Positions 25,960 to 37,448 of a stretch of DNA of 64,000 nt are shown in pieces. The stretch lies in NCBI RefSeq assembly GCF_006345805.1, contig NC_043002.1, forward strand, positions 1,302,001-1,366,000, written 5' to 3'. Made by a program: the position numbers and the translations under genes. Below the pieces are notes generated by a model. That model did no database searches. It was not told the DNA's origin and saw only the letters and a program-made list of their open reading frames with translations. The first letter of the stretch is position 1. The number at the start of each line of letters is the position of its first letter. This stretch comes from Octopus sinensis. Taxonomy: Eukaryota.

Positions 25960-26150
25960 TAGGTGTATATGTGTGTGTGTGTACGTTTGTGTGTGTGTAT
26001 GTTTGTGTGAGTCTATGTTTGTGTGTCTTTGTGTTTGTTTTTGTGTATGTGTGTGGTGTGTGTATGTGCGTTTGAGTGAGTGTCTGTTTGTGTGTATGTG
26101 TGTGTGTGTCTGTTTGTGCTTGCGTTTGTGTGTGTGTGTGTTTTGTGTAT
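25960..26150. repeat. degenerate (GT)n
   Basis: Directly visible. Confidence 0.9.
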
Positions 26151-26154
26151 GCCC

Positions 26155-26900
26155 TTAGCAACAGATGTTCAAGACATTTGCCCATCTTACAGAATGGTGA
26201 AAATAATGGCTTCAACGTAAAGAAGTCAGTATGAACGGGAGGTATCTTCACAAATATTTTTAGGGAAGTAAGAATTGGCGAATGGATTCATGTGCATTCC
26301 GGAAGATGGCACGCCTTAAGTACCATGTGAAGAGAAGAGATTGAACGGTCGGATTGTTGTGTGGAGAGGACAAACAGTTTGGTGCTTTAGGTAGGAAACC
26401 ACTCGTCTACTTTTTAGCAGTTGTAATGCATCGATGAAATCTGCGTCGTTAGTCGAATAGCCTTCATTTTGAGTCGGATCAAAATGTCTATTTGGAGAAA
26501 TGAAGCTGCTTCCTATATATATGAACATTAATGTGGGCCTTACTTGATGTTTATCTGGGACTAGCAACAGGTGAAGGTTCAGATATTTCCAAACTTTAAA
26601 GAGAGAAAAAAAAACAGCTCTTTCTGTCAGAATTCGGTAAAAGGACGCATGGAGTTACCCTGAGATATCTTCGTAAAATGTAAGTTTTAGAATGTCTGTA
26701 GCCTAACACCTGCGAAAAACGCTTTTCTTAAAGAAGAACTGTATCCGAAAAAAAAATGACATTAGAATAATTTGAGAACGAGCCAATCAATGATCCTGAC
26801 AATTGCGTTCATTGCTAAAATAAGCTCGTTTTATTCATCCTCCCTTCCAGGATTCTGTCCAGAGTTGAACTTGGGATAAACAATTATAAAGATCCATATC
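26155..26900 (-). mobile_element. highly degraded CR1/L2-like LINE 3' region
   Basis: K.QVRPT (cf. YKAQVRP..EY), LQLL..RR.VS and NSYFP remnants. Confidence 0.45.
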
Positions 26901-27367
26901 CATTTACTGTTCTTCAACAAAGTGCTACTGCCAGGAAGTATCAGTTATTGTCTCTCTTCATTGCTACATTAACCAATATCAACTTACAACAATTGTGCCA
27001 CTGATTGACAAGTCCACAGCTTCCTTTACTCAATACTTCTGCAATTAGCTATGTTCCCGTTTCCTTGCAACAGGTTACCTTTTTATTACTTGTGTCGTTA
27101 TAGTTACAGTATGTATAACATATATTTAAGTTTTGAACGGAGGTTAGTTCAGTATTTCCTGGAAATATTCTTTGAAGTGGGCCATTCATGTATCTACTGA
27201 CTTAGCTGTCTGCCTCTCGTGTTCTGGATTTTGGTACAAAGCTAAATGACTACAGATTGTGTAGTTCTATATTTAAGAGATTTAAGAGATGAGGAATTAT
27301 GTACATAATTTACATCATTTACATTATTTACCTTCGACGGATATTTGTTCTCATCTTGTTTGTTGTT

Positions 27368-27413
27368 AACACAACATTTCGGCTGATATACCCTCCTGCC
27401 TTCTTCAGGTGTC
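27368..27413 (-). ncRNA. minimal hammerhead motif in Penelope terminal repeat
   Basis: gacac-CUGAAGA-a-ggcag..cagcc-GAAA-ug-UU-guguu; one mismatch in stem II. Confidence 0.6.
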
Positions 27414-27483
27414 TTGGGAAAATTTCGAACCTGGGTTCTCATCCCTAAGGTATTTTTCGATGCTATTATTATTATTATTATTA

Positions 27484-27513
<30 letters not shown>

Positions 27514-27514
<1 letters not shown>

Positions 27515-27586
27515 GTTCACTGCTTGGAATCGAACTCGGAATCTTGGGGTTAGTAGCCCGCGCTCTTAACCACTACGCCATATGCT
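27514..27586 (-). other. tRNA-like (pseudo) Pol III head inside terminal repeat
   Basis: A box TGGCGTAGTGG and B box GAGTTCGATTCC; poor acceptor stem. Confidence 0.7.
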
Positions 27587-28247
27587 CGTGGGCAATTATG
27601 GAGCAACATCGTGCAAAGAATATAAGTAGCGATCATGGTACACACCACGATGAAAGGATCAAGCTCAATAACGATCTGTTAAGCAACAACTACCCCAAAA
27701 GCATACTCTCAACTCCAATTATGAAGAAGAGAGAGGATGAGGCCAATAAACTGTCCACAGTCTGTCTACTTTTTGTGAAAGGCTTCTCCGAAAAGATACA
27801 AAAGGTACGCGGCCCATATGACATCAGGGCAGTATTCAAGATTAATACAACACTTCGCAATAGAAGAGAATATGACCAAAGACTGCGTGTACTCCATCCC
27901 ATGCAGCTGTGGTATGTTATACAAAGGTGAAACATGCTGCCCCACTCAAAATAAGGGTAGATGAACATCGCAAAGCTGTGACATGGGGAGATATTGATAA
28001 ATCGGGTATAGTTGATCATGTATGGAAAAATGGAGATCACCTCCCCCTGTGGGATGAAGTTAAAATAATAGACAGAGAACACCACTGGAAAATGCGAAAA
28101 CTAAAAGAAGCAGCACATACGCTAGGACACAACAACCTCCTAAGCAAACCGAGTGCAGATATGAGTAGTATATGGGAACCAGTATTAGGGAAGGATAGGA
28201 GAATATTAGATTTATAAGCCCTAAAATTCATTCCATAATTGCCCACG

Positions 28248-28319
28248 GGTATATGGCGTAGTGGTTAAGAGCGCGGGCTACTAACCCCAAGATTCCGAGT
28301 TCGACTCCAGGCAGTGACC
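28248..28319 (+). other. tRNA-like (pseudo) Pol III head inside terminal repeat
   Basis: A box TGGCGTAGTGG, loop CTACTAA, B box GAGTTCGACTCC; acceptor and anticodon stems are incomplete. Confidence 0.7.
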
Positions 28320-29375
28320 TGAACAATAATAATAATAATAATAATAACATCGAAAAAACCCAGGTTCGAAATTTCCCCAAGACACCTGAAGAAGACAAAT
28401 ATCCATCGAATGTAAATAATGGACTACTGGTTGTGTAGAGAATTTTCAAATTTGTCAACCTGTTGAATTGCCTTAATGGTAATGCTATTTACGGGAGATT
28501 TTACCTTTCATATTCGTAATCATCTTGATGTAGTCGACATTAATTTCCTAGTCGGTCACATTCAAGTGTTCAGCGGGGTCATCCTCTCTACCACTTCTTA
28601 CCACTTTCTGATTATTATTACTATCATCTTTGTTATGTATTGTTTGGCAAACAGAAAACAAACACTGTTCACAGTGAAGAATATTTATGAGACAGCGATT
28701 ATTTCGTGTCATATTTATTTTCCATTTTGCTAAACTACTTTTGGCGAAGCCTATAATCACTGCTTATAATTTACGCATTGTGCATTGAATCAATGATACA
28801 TAAAAGCGACCGTTGCCACCACACACTTTTCACGACCAGACCAGTCAGTTCTATGTCTTCTAATGGAGTTTTGTTTATCAATGGTTGATCTTTATAGCCA
28901 TATCACCTCCTTCTGCCACATTCCACTTTTTCGAGTAGAAATTTCTTTCTTTCGAGATGTTGTTTGCAGAGTGTCGATCGTTTGATTTTATAGAAGTTAG
29001 AATAGACGATCAATCGCTTACCCATCGTCTCTGCGATTTGGGCGAGTAGAATTGTTTTACTTTACCCCACCCATTCTAGGATGGGCACATTATTTTCTTA
29101 AAACGCTTGGCCGTACTTCAGTGTAAGACATTTAAGTCTCTTATCAAGGAATGTTCAATTTTTCTTACTGTAAAGGATTCCCAATTCCCAGTTCCTCCCA
29201 TCATTCATATTTTCTGTTATGATGTTTACCCATAAATATGATGGCATTTGATAAAGTTCGTTTGTTCAAGGCGTTTATCCTACCAATATTTTCTCAAATA
29301 TAATTCCAGTTTTAATTTATTTATGGACTGATTTATTTGTGACTTTGTTTTGCTACTCACTTTCTGATAAGGTTC

Positions 29376-29546
29376 ATTATTTACATTATTTACATTATTT
29401 ACATTTGACGGATACTTATCCTCATCTTCTTTGTTGTTAACACAACTTTTCGGCTGATTTACCCTCCAGCCTTCATCAGGTGTCTTAGGGAAATTTCGAA
29501 CCTGGGTTCTCATTCCTAAGGTATTTGTCGATGTTATTATTATTAT
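29376..29546 (-). mobile_element. Penelope terminal-repeat fragment (same family as 27265-28421)
   Basis: Close homology to 27305-27475; truncated at its (TAA)n tract. Confidence 0.85.
29439..29484 (-). ncRNA. minimal type-I hammerhead ribozyme motif
   Basis: gacac-CUGAUGA-a-ggcug(gaggguaaau)cagcc-GAAA-ag-UU-guguu; perfect stem II and full core. Confidence 0.72.
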
Positions 29547-32500
29547 GTTTTTTCCTTCTTTCTTCAAATTTTCTTCCATTTCTCGCCGAGTTTTTTTCCA
29601 TACACCTAGGGCAGAGAAGCTCATTGTATGCATTCCCAGATTACACACGCAAACTCAGAGGTAAAATATGTATTCAATAAATTAATAAATAAATAAGTTC
29701 ATGAATGGATGTTGTTTTCACAGTAATAATGCTCTTCTGCTCTTCTCAGTACATGAGCCGTTCCAGTGAATACGATTTTTTGCACTTCCTGTAGGAATGG
29801 TAAGCCTGGAATCATTTTCAAATCGGTTTCAGTACCTTTTTTTTTTATCATTCCTAGAGATCCTACAATCACTGGTACTGTAGTCGCCTTGAGATGCCAC
29901 ATTTTTTTCAATTTCCATTAGCAGGTCTTTATATTTACTAATCTTGTCAAATTCTTTCGCCGCTATATTGTGATCGCAAGGGATACTCATGTCAATTAAT
30001 AAACATCTTTTTTGTCTGATCTTTTATAATAATATCCGGTTTATTAGCTTTTATAGTCCTGTCGGTCTGCATGGGGAAGTCTCATAGAATCGACACATTT
30101 TCTCCCTCAGTCACAGCTTCAGGAAGGTGTTTATACCATTTGTCAGCGGTTTTGATTTTATAATACCGACATACTGCTACGGGCCACATACTTGCCACGG
30201 AGAGGTTTCTGTTCCCATCTGCTAGCTAATTTTTCATGTGCTTTTGTCTTTGCAATTAATTTTATTTCCTTTGCAGCTGCAGTTGGCGTATTTCCTTCAG
30301 CCTGATCAATCTGGTGGGTATCTAAGAGATCAGCAGCGAATTTTTTGCTCTCTTTGAGAATAGAGTGAAGTTTTTTAGGTCTTTCATGTTTTTCAACAAG
30401 TTTTAGCGTCCAATCGTTGGTTGTTTCAAGGTATTTGGCCAGTCCAATTGTGGTGGTTTTGTATGTAAGTTCAAGCTGGATCAAACCTCGACCTCCCTGA
30501 GCTCTGGGAACGTAAAGGCGATCCACGTCTGCCTTTGGATGGTGCATCTTATTACAAGTCAGTAGTTTGCAGATTTTTCTGTCAATGTTCATTATTTCAC
30601 TGGTATTCCAGTTAAGCACATTGAACCTATAAAGAACAACTGGTACTGCTAAGGAATTTATGGCTAACACCTTATTATATGCATTCAGCTCAGACTTCAG
30701 GACTGCTCGAACTCTTCTATAACATTCTTTCCTAACCTTCCCTTTCATGCTTGCATGCTGGATACCAGAGCCTTCATTTATTCCTAGGTATTTATAGGTT
30801 TGTTCCTGCTCAAGTTCCTTTATTACTATTTCGACATCTAATTCGATTGAACTAGACTTTACCAATTTCCCTTTCTTAAAAGTGGTTTTGGCACACTTTT
30901 CAAGGCCAAACTCCATCCCGATATCATCACTGAATCCTTTCACGGTATGTAATAATCCTTCAAGCTCTTCATAATTTTTGCCATATAGCTTTAAATCATC
31001 CATATAAAATAGATGGCTTATTTTCTTGTCAATTTTGTAGCCATATCCTGTTCTATTCAGTTCACTTGAGAGTGGTATTAGTGCTATGCAGAAAATTAGT
31101 GGTGAAAGTGAGTCACCTTGGAAAATTCCAGTTTATGCTAATGTTGTTTGAGTGCAATATTCCATTAAAATGATATAATTGGAGCTTCGTGTTCCATAGT
31201 GACATATTATACTTTAAAAAATCTGAAATCACAGGAGAAATTTTGAAAATGTCCAGCGATTTCGGAATCCACGAATGTGGTATGCTGTCAAAGGCTTTTT
31301 TATAATCAATCCATGAAGAGCTGAGATTTCTGCGCTTGTTATGGCAGTTCTCAAGGATCATGCGATTAATTAGGAGCTGATCTTTGCATCCGTATGAGCC
31401 TCGTCTGCATCCTTTTTGTTCAGTGGGAAAGAGGTTATTCTCTTCCATAAACGTATATGTTTTCTCTACTAGAATAGATGTCAAAATCTTATAGGTAGTA
31501 GATAAACATGTTATAGGCCGGTAGTCTTTTTGATCTTTCGTTTTGTTATTTTGGGGGAGGAGGTAAGTAATACCATTTGCCATCCAATGGGGTGTTTTTT
31601 TCGGGTCTTTCATAATACTATTAAATAGTATTACTAACATTTTGTGTGCGGACGAGAGTGATGAGAGCCAGAAATTTAGTACTCTATCAATACCAGGGGA
31701 TTTCCACTTGTGAGCCTTCGATAGTGCTTACCTTAGGTCGGCGATTGAGATGTCTTCCCATACCTGTTCTTGTAGACTTTTGTAGTCATCTTGGGTGCGT
31801 TTGATCCACTCTGCATTTTCATTGTATGGTTTCTCATCACTCCAGATCCCCTTCCAAAAGTTTTCAACTTCTTCCATTAGGGGTGGATTTTCAAAGGTTA
31901 TTTTTTCTTTCCCTATTTCCCTGTAAAATGATTTGGCATTGGATTTGAATATCTTATTTTGTTTGTAGAATTTGATTCTTTTCTCAAATCTGCGTATTCT
32001 CTGAGCTTTTGCTTGAACTTTTTGTTTAAGTGTTTCTTTCGCTGAGATTAGTTCTTCTCTTGTTGAGTGTCCATCTTTTCTCCCAATCTTCCTGCCTTTT
32101 ATTGATCTTACATAATTTCCAGAGATTAGCTCAGTTAATATTGATACCTCCCTTCGCAATGATTCAATTTCAGTTTCAATTCTACTCCTCCAGTTTGATT
32201 TTCTTTTTGGAATTTGGTATTGTTGGCTTTTTGGGTATTAAACAGCGTCTTTCGATTACCTTAGCAACAGAGCAAATAATTTCATTTAATTTATTAAGAT
32301 CGGGTTTTAGTTGTATGATTTCTTGTGTAATGCAGTTGCCAATTTTTATTTGTGTTTTATGTTGGTGTGCATTTGAGAGTTTATGGAGTGGTTCCCTATC
32401 ATTCATAGTTGTGTGGCCTACAACTGCAAGCTCATTCAGAACTTCTTGCTTCATTTCAATGATAGATTTTCTGTGTTGTTCAAAAAACATGTGGTCTTCA

Positions 32501-33110
32501 AATTCTGTTTCGACATCAGTTTCCGGGCTGTTTTTTCTAGGGTCATTATATTTTCCTTCTTCTTCAGGATCTTGAGTCGTTTCGGCAGATGGTCGCCTTT
32601 CAGTCAATGCTTGTGGCCAACATTCCTCTCCTCAGCTCCGTTATTTCTTTCCTGACTTACATTTAGGTCATTCTCTACCACGTTTTTAATAGAGGTTAAT
32701 TCTGCATCTGTGAGTCTGGTATTTCTGAAGATATCTCTTCTAACATTTGCTAATCGCTTTTCATCCAGGTTTGGTCTGCTAGCTGGATTCCGGCTCCTCC
32801 AAATTCTGTAGGAGTTTGCGGTGTGTTTCTCTTGGGTTGGCCTACTTAATGCAAAGTAATAAGCATATATTACTTCTTTATATTCTTCCCGGTTCCATTT
32901 AGTTCTTTTACTTTTTTGATTTTCTGGTCGTTGTGGTGGTGAACTTTGGGGACTTAATTTGGGACAAATCCCGTTTAAGTGACCTTCCGGGTTCGTATTC
33001 GAGGAAGATATTCTGCCATTTGAAAATTTTTCGCCATCAGGCTGACAGCCTCCTGACGGGGCGCGCTTCCTGTATAACCATTGGACAAGCGATTCAGTGT
33101 ACTGTTTGAA
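29547..33110 (-). mobile_element. near full-length R4/Dong-like retrotransposon (lineage B), multiply disrupted
   Basis: N-terminal KWNREEY..YY..R region; RT motifs YRPITCL, EQKGC, DYKKAFDSIPH, QGDSLSP and YMDDLKLY; RLE at 29750-30150. Several frameshifts and stops. Confidence 0.93.
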
Positions 33111-33180
33111 ATTTTCTTTTCAAGTAAAGTTAAATTATTAACAAGAGAGTACTGTTGATATAGTAATAGAAACTAATACT

Positions 33181-34239
33181 ATGGAGAGCATCCAGCAAAT
33201 AGCTAACTCCATCCACCAGAGTATTAAGGTCACAATAGACTACCCCACTAAACACCCCAACCATAGACTACCAGTACTAGACACTGAACTCTGGCTAGAA
33301 ATTGTGAAAAATAAAACCCAAATCCTTTATTCATACTATGCAAAACCTATGGCCTCAAAATACCTGATCCACCGGAACTCAGCCATTGCGGGCAATGCCA
33401 AATTCAATATTTTGATGGCAGACCTCGTCAGAATAATGAGAAATGTGTCACGCATGTGCGAGCCTACAGAATTAAAGAGACACATACAGTATTTCATTCA
33501 CCGCATGCAGTTCTCAGGTTACAGCCATAAAGAAAGGATCAGAGTATACAAAGGAGCCATGAAGAAATTTGATAATATATTATGTAATGATAGGAATGGG
33601 ATTTGCCCACTCTATAGGAACAAGTCATGGAACACTATAGAAAGGACAAAAAAGAAAATAGGGAAGGCCAACTCTTGGTATGATAGCCATAAATACCAGA
33701 GTGTCATGTTCGTTGACACCACCCCTGGAGGTGAACTAGCATACCGCTTTAGAAGGACCCTAGATAAACTTAAACTAAGAATTAAGGTTGTTGAAAAGCC
33801 AGGCAACCCTATCAGATCTATAATTGGTAGAACCTATCCTTTTAGTAGAACTCTCTGTACGGATAACTATTGCATTGTATGTAGATTTAGCCCACAAACG
33901 AACTGTAAAGCCAGAAATGTGGTCTATAGTATAAGATGTATAGAGGGACGATGCAGTAACAAGACAGTAACATACGTAGGGGAAACTGCAAGAAGCATTG
34001 GTGAGCGGGTGAATGAACATTGGAGACAACTCAAGGAAGGTAAAAGCTCATCGATTCTGTACCAACACGCCGAACAAGAACACGGGGGATCAATCAATAA
34101 CATAGAGATTAAGATATTGTCCACACATATAACAGATGCAACAATTAGACAAATTACAGAAGCTACACATATAATAGAAAATAAACCTAGCCTGAATAGA
34201 AAACTAGAATGGAGCAATAGCGCACACCACAACATATGA
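33181..34239 (+). CDS. Penelope-like ORF C-terminal half (RT thumb + GIY-YIG endonuclease), uninterrupted 352 aa, 5' truncated
   Basis: LPVLD, YYAKP..YLIH.NSA, C..C linker, [30 protein letters not shown] and PSLNRK. Confidence 0.85.
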   Translation: MESIQQIANSIHQSIKVTIDYPTKHPNHRLPVLDTELWLEIVKNKTQILYSYYAKPMASKYLIHRNSAIAGNAKFNILMADLVRIMRNVSRMCEPTELKRHIQYFIHRMQFSGYSHKERIRVYKGAMKKFDNILCNDRNGICPLYRNKSWNTIERTKKKIGKANSWYDSHKYQSVMFVDTTPGGELAYRFRRTLDKLKLRIKVVEKPGNPIRSIIGRTYPFSRTLCTDNYCIVCRFSPQTNCKARNVVYSIRCIEGRCSNKTVTYVGETARSIGERVNEHWRQLKEGKSSSILYQHAEQEHGGSINNIEIKILSTHITDATIRQITEATHIIENKPSLNRKLEWSNSAHHNI

Positions 34240-34741
34240 CAATAGTGGATCCTGCAAACATAATAAATACACAGGTAATTAAAGAAATAGAAATGAATAT
34301 CTATATATATGTATATGTGTATATATATGTATATGTATATGTGTATATATGTGTGTATATATGTATATATATATATATGTATATGTATATGTATGTATAT
34401 ATATATATATGTATATGTATATTCTTTTTTTTTTTTTTTTCGATTAGATTTATTATTATTATTACTAATATTGTTGTTATACATACATACAAGCATATGT
34501 AATGATAATAATTACATGAACAAAATTAGAACAAAAGCAACAACAACAAAAACAAAATACAAATTACAAGAATGTATATAACCAGAAGATACAAATATTA
34601 CAGGCACCCCCCCCACACACACACTAAATAAACATAGACGCACATAGAGATATAAGCATGCGCAAATGAAGACATACAATAGAAATACAAAATGGCTGAC
34701 GGTTAGTAAGGAGAGACACAAGTAAGTGAGAAGAAAACAAA

Positions 34742-34786
34742 GGACCACTGATGCGGTCAGAGGAGTGTGACGAAAGAACTTTGGCC
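34742..34786 (+). ncRNA. decayed hammerhead motif downstream of Penelope ORF
   Basis: ggacca-CUGAUGc-g-guca..ugac-GAAA-gaac-UU-uggcc; A9 is substituted. Confidence 0.55.
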
Positions 34787-35040
34787 GAAATAAGATTAAG
34801 ATTAATGTAAAAAATAAATATCACTGAAGCAAAATAACACCAAATATATAGTGCGTGTGTTTTTATTGGCTAAACTGGCAATATGACCATTCCGAAATAT
34901 AACAATATCTGTTTCAACACACGACTTCACATAAAAAATCTTGCACAACAAATATTTAAACGTATTAAATTATTAAGTTTTCATTTAAAGAAAAAAAAAA
35001 TTACCACTAATCTTCATACAGGGGCTTCATTTATCATCAT

Positions 35041-35375
35041 TAGCAGCAGCAGCCACAGTAGTTGTAGCAGCAGCAGCGGCAGTGGTAGCAGCAATAGTAA
35101 TGGCAGCAGCAGCAGTAGTAGCAGCAACAGCAGCAGCAGCAGTGGTAGTACCAGCAGCAGTAGCAACAGCAGCAGCAGAGGTAGCAATAGTAGTAGCAGT
35201 GACGGCAGCAGCAGTGGTAACAGCAGCAGTGGTAGCAGTAGCGGTAGTAGTGGCCGTAGTTGTAGTAGTAGTAGTAGTAGTAGCAGCAGCAGTAGTAGCT
35301 GCAGCAGCAGCACCAGTAGCAGTAGTAGTAGTAGCAGCAGCAGCAGCAGCAGCACTAGTAGCAGTAGTAGTAGTA
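35041..35375. repeat. (AGC/AGT)n trinucleotide low-complexity tract
   Basis: Directly visible; source of the poly-S/L/A/V ORFs. Confidence 0.95.
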
Positions 35376-35696
35376 AATGTGGTTCATGTAAGTTTTTTTT
35401 TTTAGGTGGGATGGGGTCCTATGGGTCAAAAGAAGTTCAAATGTCTACTACTACTAGCAGCGAACAGTGACCTTAACCATCAGAAAAATTAAGGAAGGGC
35501 CGAGTTACCCTGTTCTGTGTTATTTGTGAATAGAGAAGTTGTGTTCGACCAGAGAGAATCTATTATTAGTATCGTTATTTTTTTTTTCGATGTGCGTTTG
35601 TGTTATTGCAATGAAAAGTATGTTTGCATATTTCGGGTAGACAGGGAGAAAATAAAGGTAATACTATAGACATTGAAGTTGAATTTTCTAGAGATA

Positions 35697-35800
35697 TTTA
35701 TTATTATTATTATTATTGTTATTATTATTCAGGTCACTGCCTGGAATCGATCTCGGAATCTTGGGGTTAGTAGCCCGCGCTCTTAATCACTACGCCATGT
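35697..35800 (-). mobile_element. tRNA-like head + (TAA)n of the Penelope terminal-repeat family
   Basis: Near-identical to the reverse complement of 28252-28345. Confidence 0.8.
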
Positions 35801-36052
35801 GATAAAGTTTTGTTTATTTCTGAAGCATTTTATTATTTTTCAATCGTTCCTCAAATTCTTCCCTCTTACTTTAGCTTTCATCTGTTGAATTAAAATTTAC
35901 GAATTGAATTCGATGACTTCCTTCACTTTTAAAGACGTTCATGGAACATTGATTTCTTGGGCGGACATATAATGTTTGTGTTCTCATTTTAAGGGGTTTC
36001 TTATTCAAACCATATCAGTTTTGCTGCGACTTATCTAATGCTTTTATCTTTC

Positions 36053-36445
36053 ATTTTTTACTTGTTTCAGTTATCAGACTACGGCCATGCTGGGGCACTG
36101 TCTTGAAGAAATTTAGTCGAACGAATCGCCCATAATATTTATTTTCTTAAAGCCCGGTACTTATTCTATCGTTCTCTTTTGCCGATTAGTTAAGTTACGG
36201 GAACGTAAACACACCAAGACGTGATGGGGGACAAGCATACACACACACACACACACAACACACACACACACCACACACACACACACAAAGAGGACAGACT
36301 TCTTTCGGTTTCCGTCTACCAAATCTACTCACAATGCTCCAGTCGGGCCGTGGCTATTAATAGAAGATATTTACTCAAGGTGCCTTGCAGTGGCACTTTA
36401 CCCAAAACTATGTGGTCGGGAAGCAGGCTTCTTACCACACAGCCA
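36053..36445 (-). mobile_element. tRNA-derived SINE family 2
   Basis: Collinear with 52601-53077, including the internal (CA)n. Confidence 0.85.
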
Positions 36446-37390
36446 GGTTCTATGTGAATTTTCTTATTTCCAAAACGTGTCATATTTTCTCCATCGTTCC
36501 GACTCATCATGTTTTTGTCAAACCAACAGGATCTGCTGTACATTATTTGTGTCAAGGCCGTTCTTTCATTTATTTACTCTGCAATTATTTCTATGTTCGG
36601 AGAGTGTCTCGTTAGGATTCATTATATAATTTATGATATTTTTTATATGATTGTCTGTCCGTCTCTTGTTTCTCTTCATTTTGTATGAGTTGTTTTATTT
36701 CTTTAAACTTTTAAGTTATTTTCTCATACATTCAGAATCATTGTCGTTATTCCTTTGTATTCCTTTGTATTAGCACTGATGGTTCTTTCCCGTTGCTATA
36801 ATAACACAGCAGGGTCATATTTGCTTTGCTGTTCACCTTTGCTGAGTTTTGAGTATGTTGTATGTACTCGGTCTGTCCATAAAGAAAGTTTTTAAACTGC
36901 ACCAAACAGACGGTGCAGATCCCTCCCTACGTGTCTGTGTGTCTTTTCGTGTGGAGGGACTAACTATATCTGTCAACCTTAGCTTTGGAATGGTGGCCTC
37001 AGAACAATCTTAGAAGAACCCTGACCTTGTATCTAAGTTCTAATTTCCTGCGTCGATGCTGTAGCCATGACTGGGCAGTCAGTGCATTTATGCTTTATTA
37101 TCTTCTTCCTAACATTGGGTGCATCTTTTAAAACAAGATTTGCATCACTCTTTCTATATTATCATTTTCTACTAATACACATTTTTGTGCATCGCATCGT
37201 TTTTAATTTACTGATTGATCTTCTCTAATTTCATGACTTCGCTTTCTGTGTTTCATTTCATTTTTACCAGTTTTAGTTATTATTCCTCTTATATTAAATT
37301 CTGCGCACCTTGTCTTATCTACACCCATTTGTATATCTTAGATGAGTTTAAAAACAATCTTTGGAATATTTTCTAATTCAGTGTTATCCC

Positions 37391-37448
37391 TTACTCTTTT
37401 ACTCTTTTATTTGTTTCAGTCATTTGACTGTGGTCATGCTGGAGCACC
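37391..37448 (-). mobile_element. SINE family 2, 3' end fragment
   Basis: ttactcttttactcttt..ttgtttcagtcatttgactgtggtcatgctggagcacc. Confidence 0.75.

Larger units (their letters stand above)
27265..28421 (+). mobile_element. 5'-truncated Penelope-like element with inverted terminal repeats and TSD
   Basis: Central GIY-YIG remnant 27605-28217 (LKIRVDEHRK, IVDHVW, RKLKEA). Inverted arms at about 27322-27602 and 28232-28420. Flanking direct repeat gactac(aga/tgg)ttgtgtag at 27248-27264 and 28422-28438. Confidence 0.85.
33111..34930 (+). mobile_element. 5'-truncated Penelope-like element with 3' terminal repeat region
   Basis: ORF with RT C-terminus and GIY-YIG domain, then a microsatellite-rich spacer and a hammerhead-like motif at 34742-34786. 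Confidence 0.85.

Noticed and set aside
28248-28319. Functional tRNA-Ser(ACT) gene
   Set aside because: Acceptor and anticodon stems do not pair properly, and it occurs three times as part of a repeat module.
34883-35470. Poly-Ser/Leu/Ala ORFs
   Set aside because: An (AGC/AGT)n tract is open in several frames; no domain or exon evidence.
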